Assembly (NCBI GenBank): GCA_973895155.1
Contig: OZ316897.1
Span: forward strand, 1,080,515 to 1,144,514
Source of the DNA: Marsupella aquatica
Taxonomy: Eukaryota > Plantae > Marchantiophyta
Length of the DNA: 64,000 bases
Direction: 5' to 3'
Positions 63,775-64,000 of the stretch are shown in pieces (position 1 is the first letter of the stretch; each line of letters begins with the position of its first letter). A model generated the notes under the pieces. The model was not told where the DNA came from. It searched no databases and worked only from the letters and a program-made list of their open reading frames with translations. Made by a program: the position numbers and the translations under genes.

Positions 63775-64000
63775 CTGCGGCCAAGCATCAGTGCAGTTAA
63801 AGGTTAAACTCCACTAGAGTTATAAAAACAAAGTTTTGTTGGACGACCTTGGCTCCTGTAGATAAGAAACAATGTAGGGCACTTTCCTAAAAGCATAAAA
63901 CAACTAAAACATCACAAGGAGACAAACCAGAGGGGTAAATATCCTGCTTCGCAAAGATCCAAATAAACAATTCCTATACTACGGTGTCTTCTGGACACGA

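Overview
Eukaryotic land-plant genomic DNA with spliceosomal introns; a non-seed plant such as a liverwort is my inference. Four intact host genes are present: a GH31 YihQ/sulfoquinovosidase-like glucosidase (+), a Mn-type CDF/MTP transporter (-), TFIIH subunit p62/TFB1 (-), and the 37-aa OST4 (-), which is too short for the ORF track. The 3' end of an unidentified gene lies at the right edge. Accessory content: (i) an intron-containing Plavaka-family (fungal-type, CACTA-related) transposase with one frameshift, preceded by orphan exons of unrelated host genes (RID3/WDR18, ELMOD and others), which suggests a gene-capturing element; (ii) a ~4.7 kb inverted duplication (27149-38765 vs 55775-60516) carrying MTP exons 1-2 and an intronless coiled-coil + PD-(D/E)XK nuclease-like (Crinkler-REase-like) gene broken differently in each copy; (iii) a full-length LINE with a 16-bp target-site duplication in one copy, whose empty site survives in the other copy; (iv) decayed Ty3/gypsy and LINE relics, a TIR-bounded element and many short tandem repeats. 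All family assignments come from motif recognition by eye; no database search was run.
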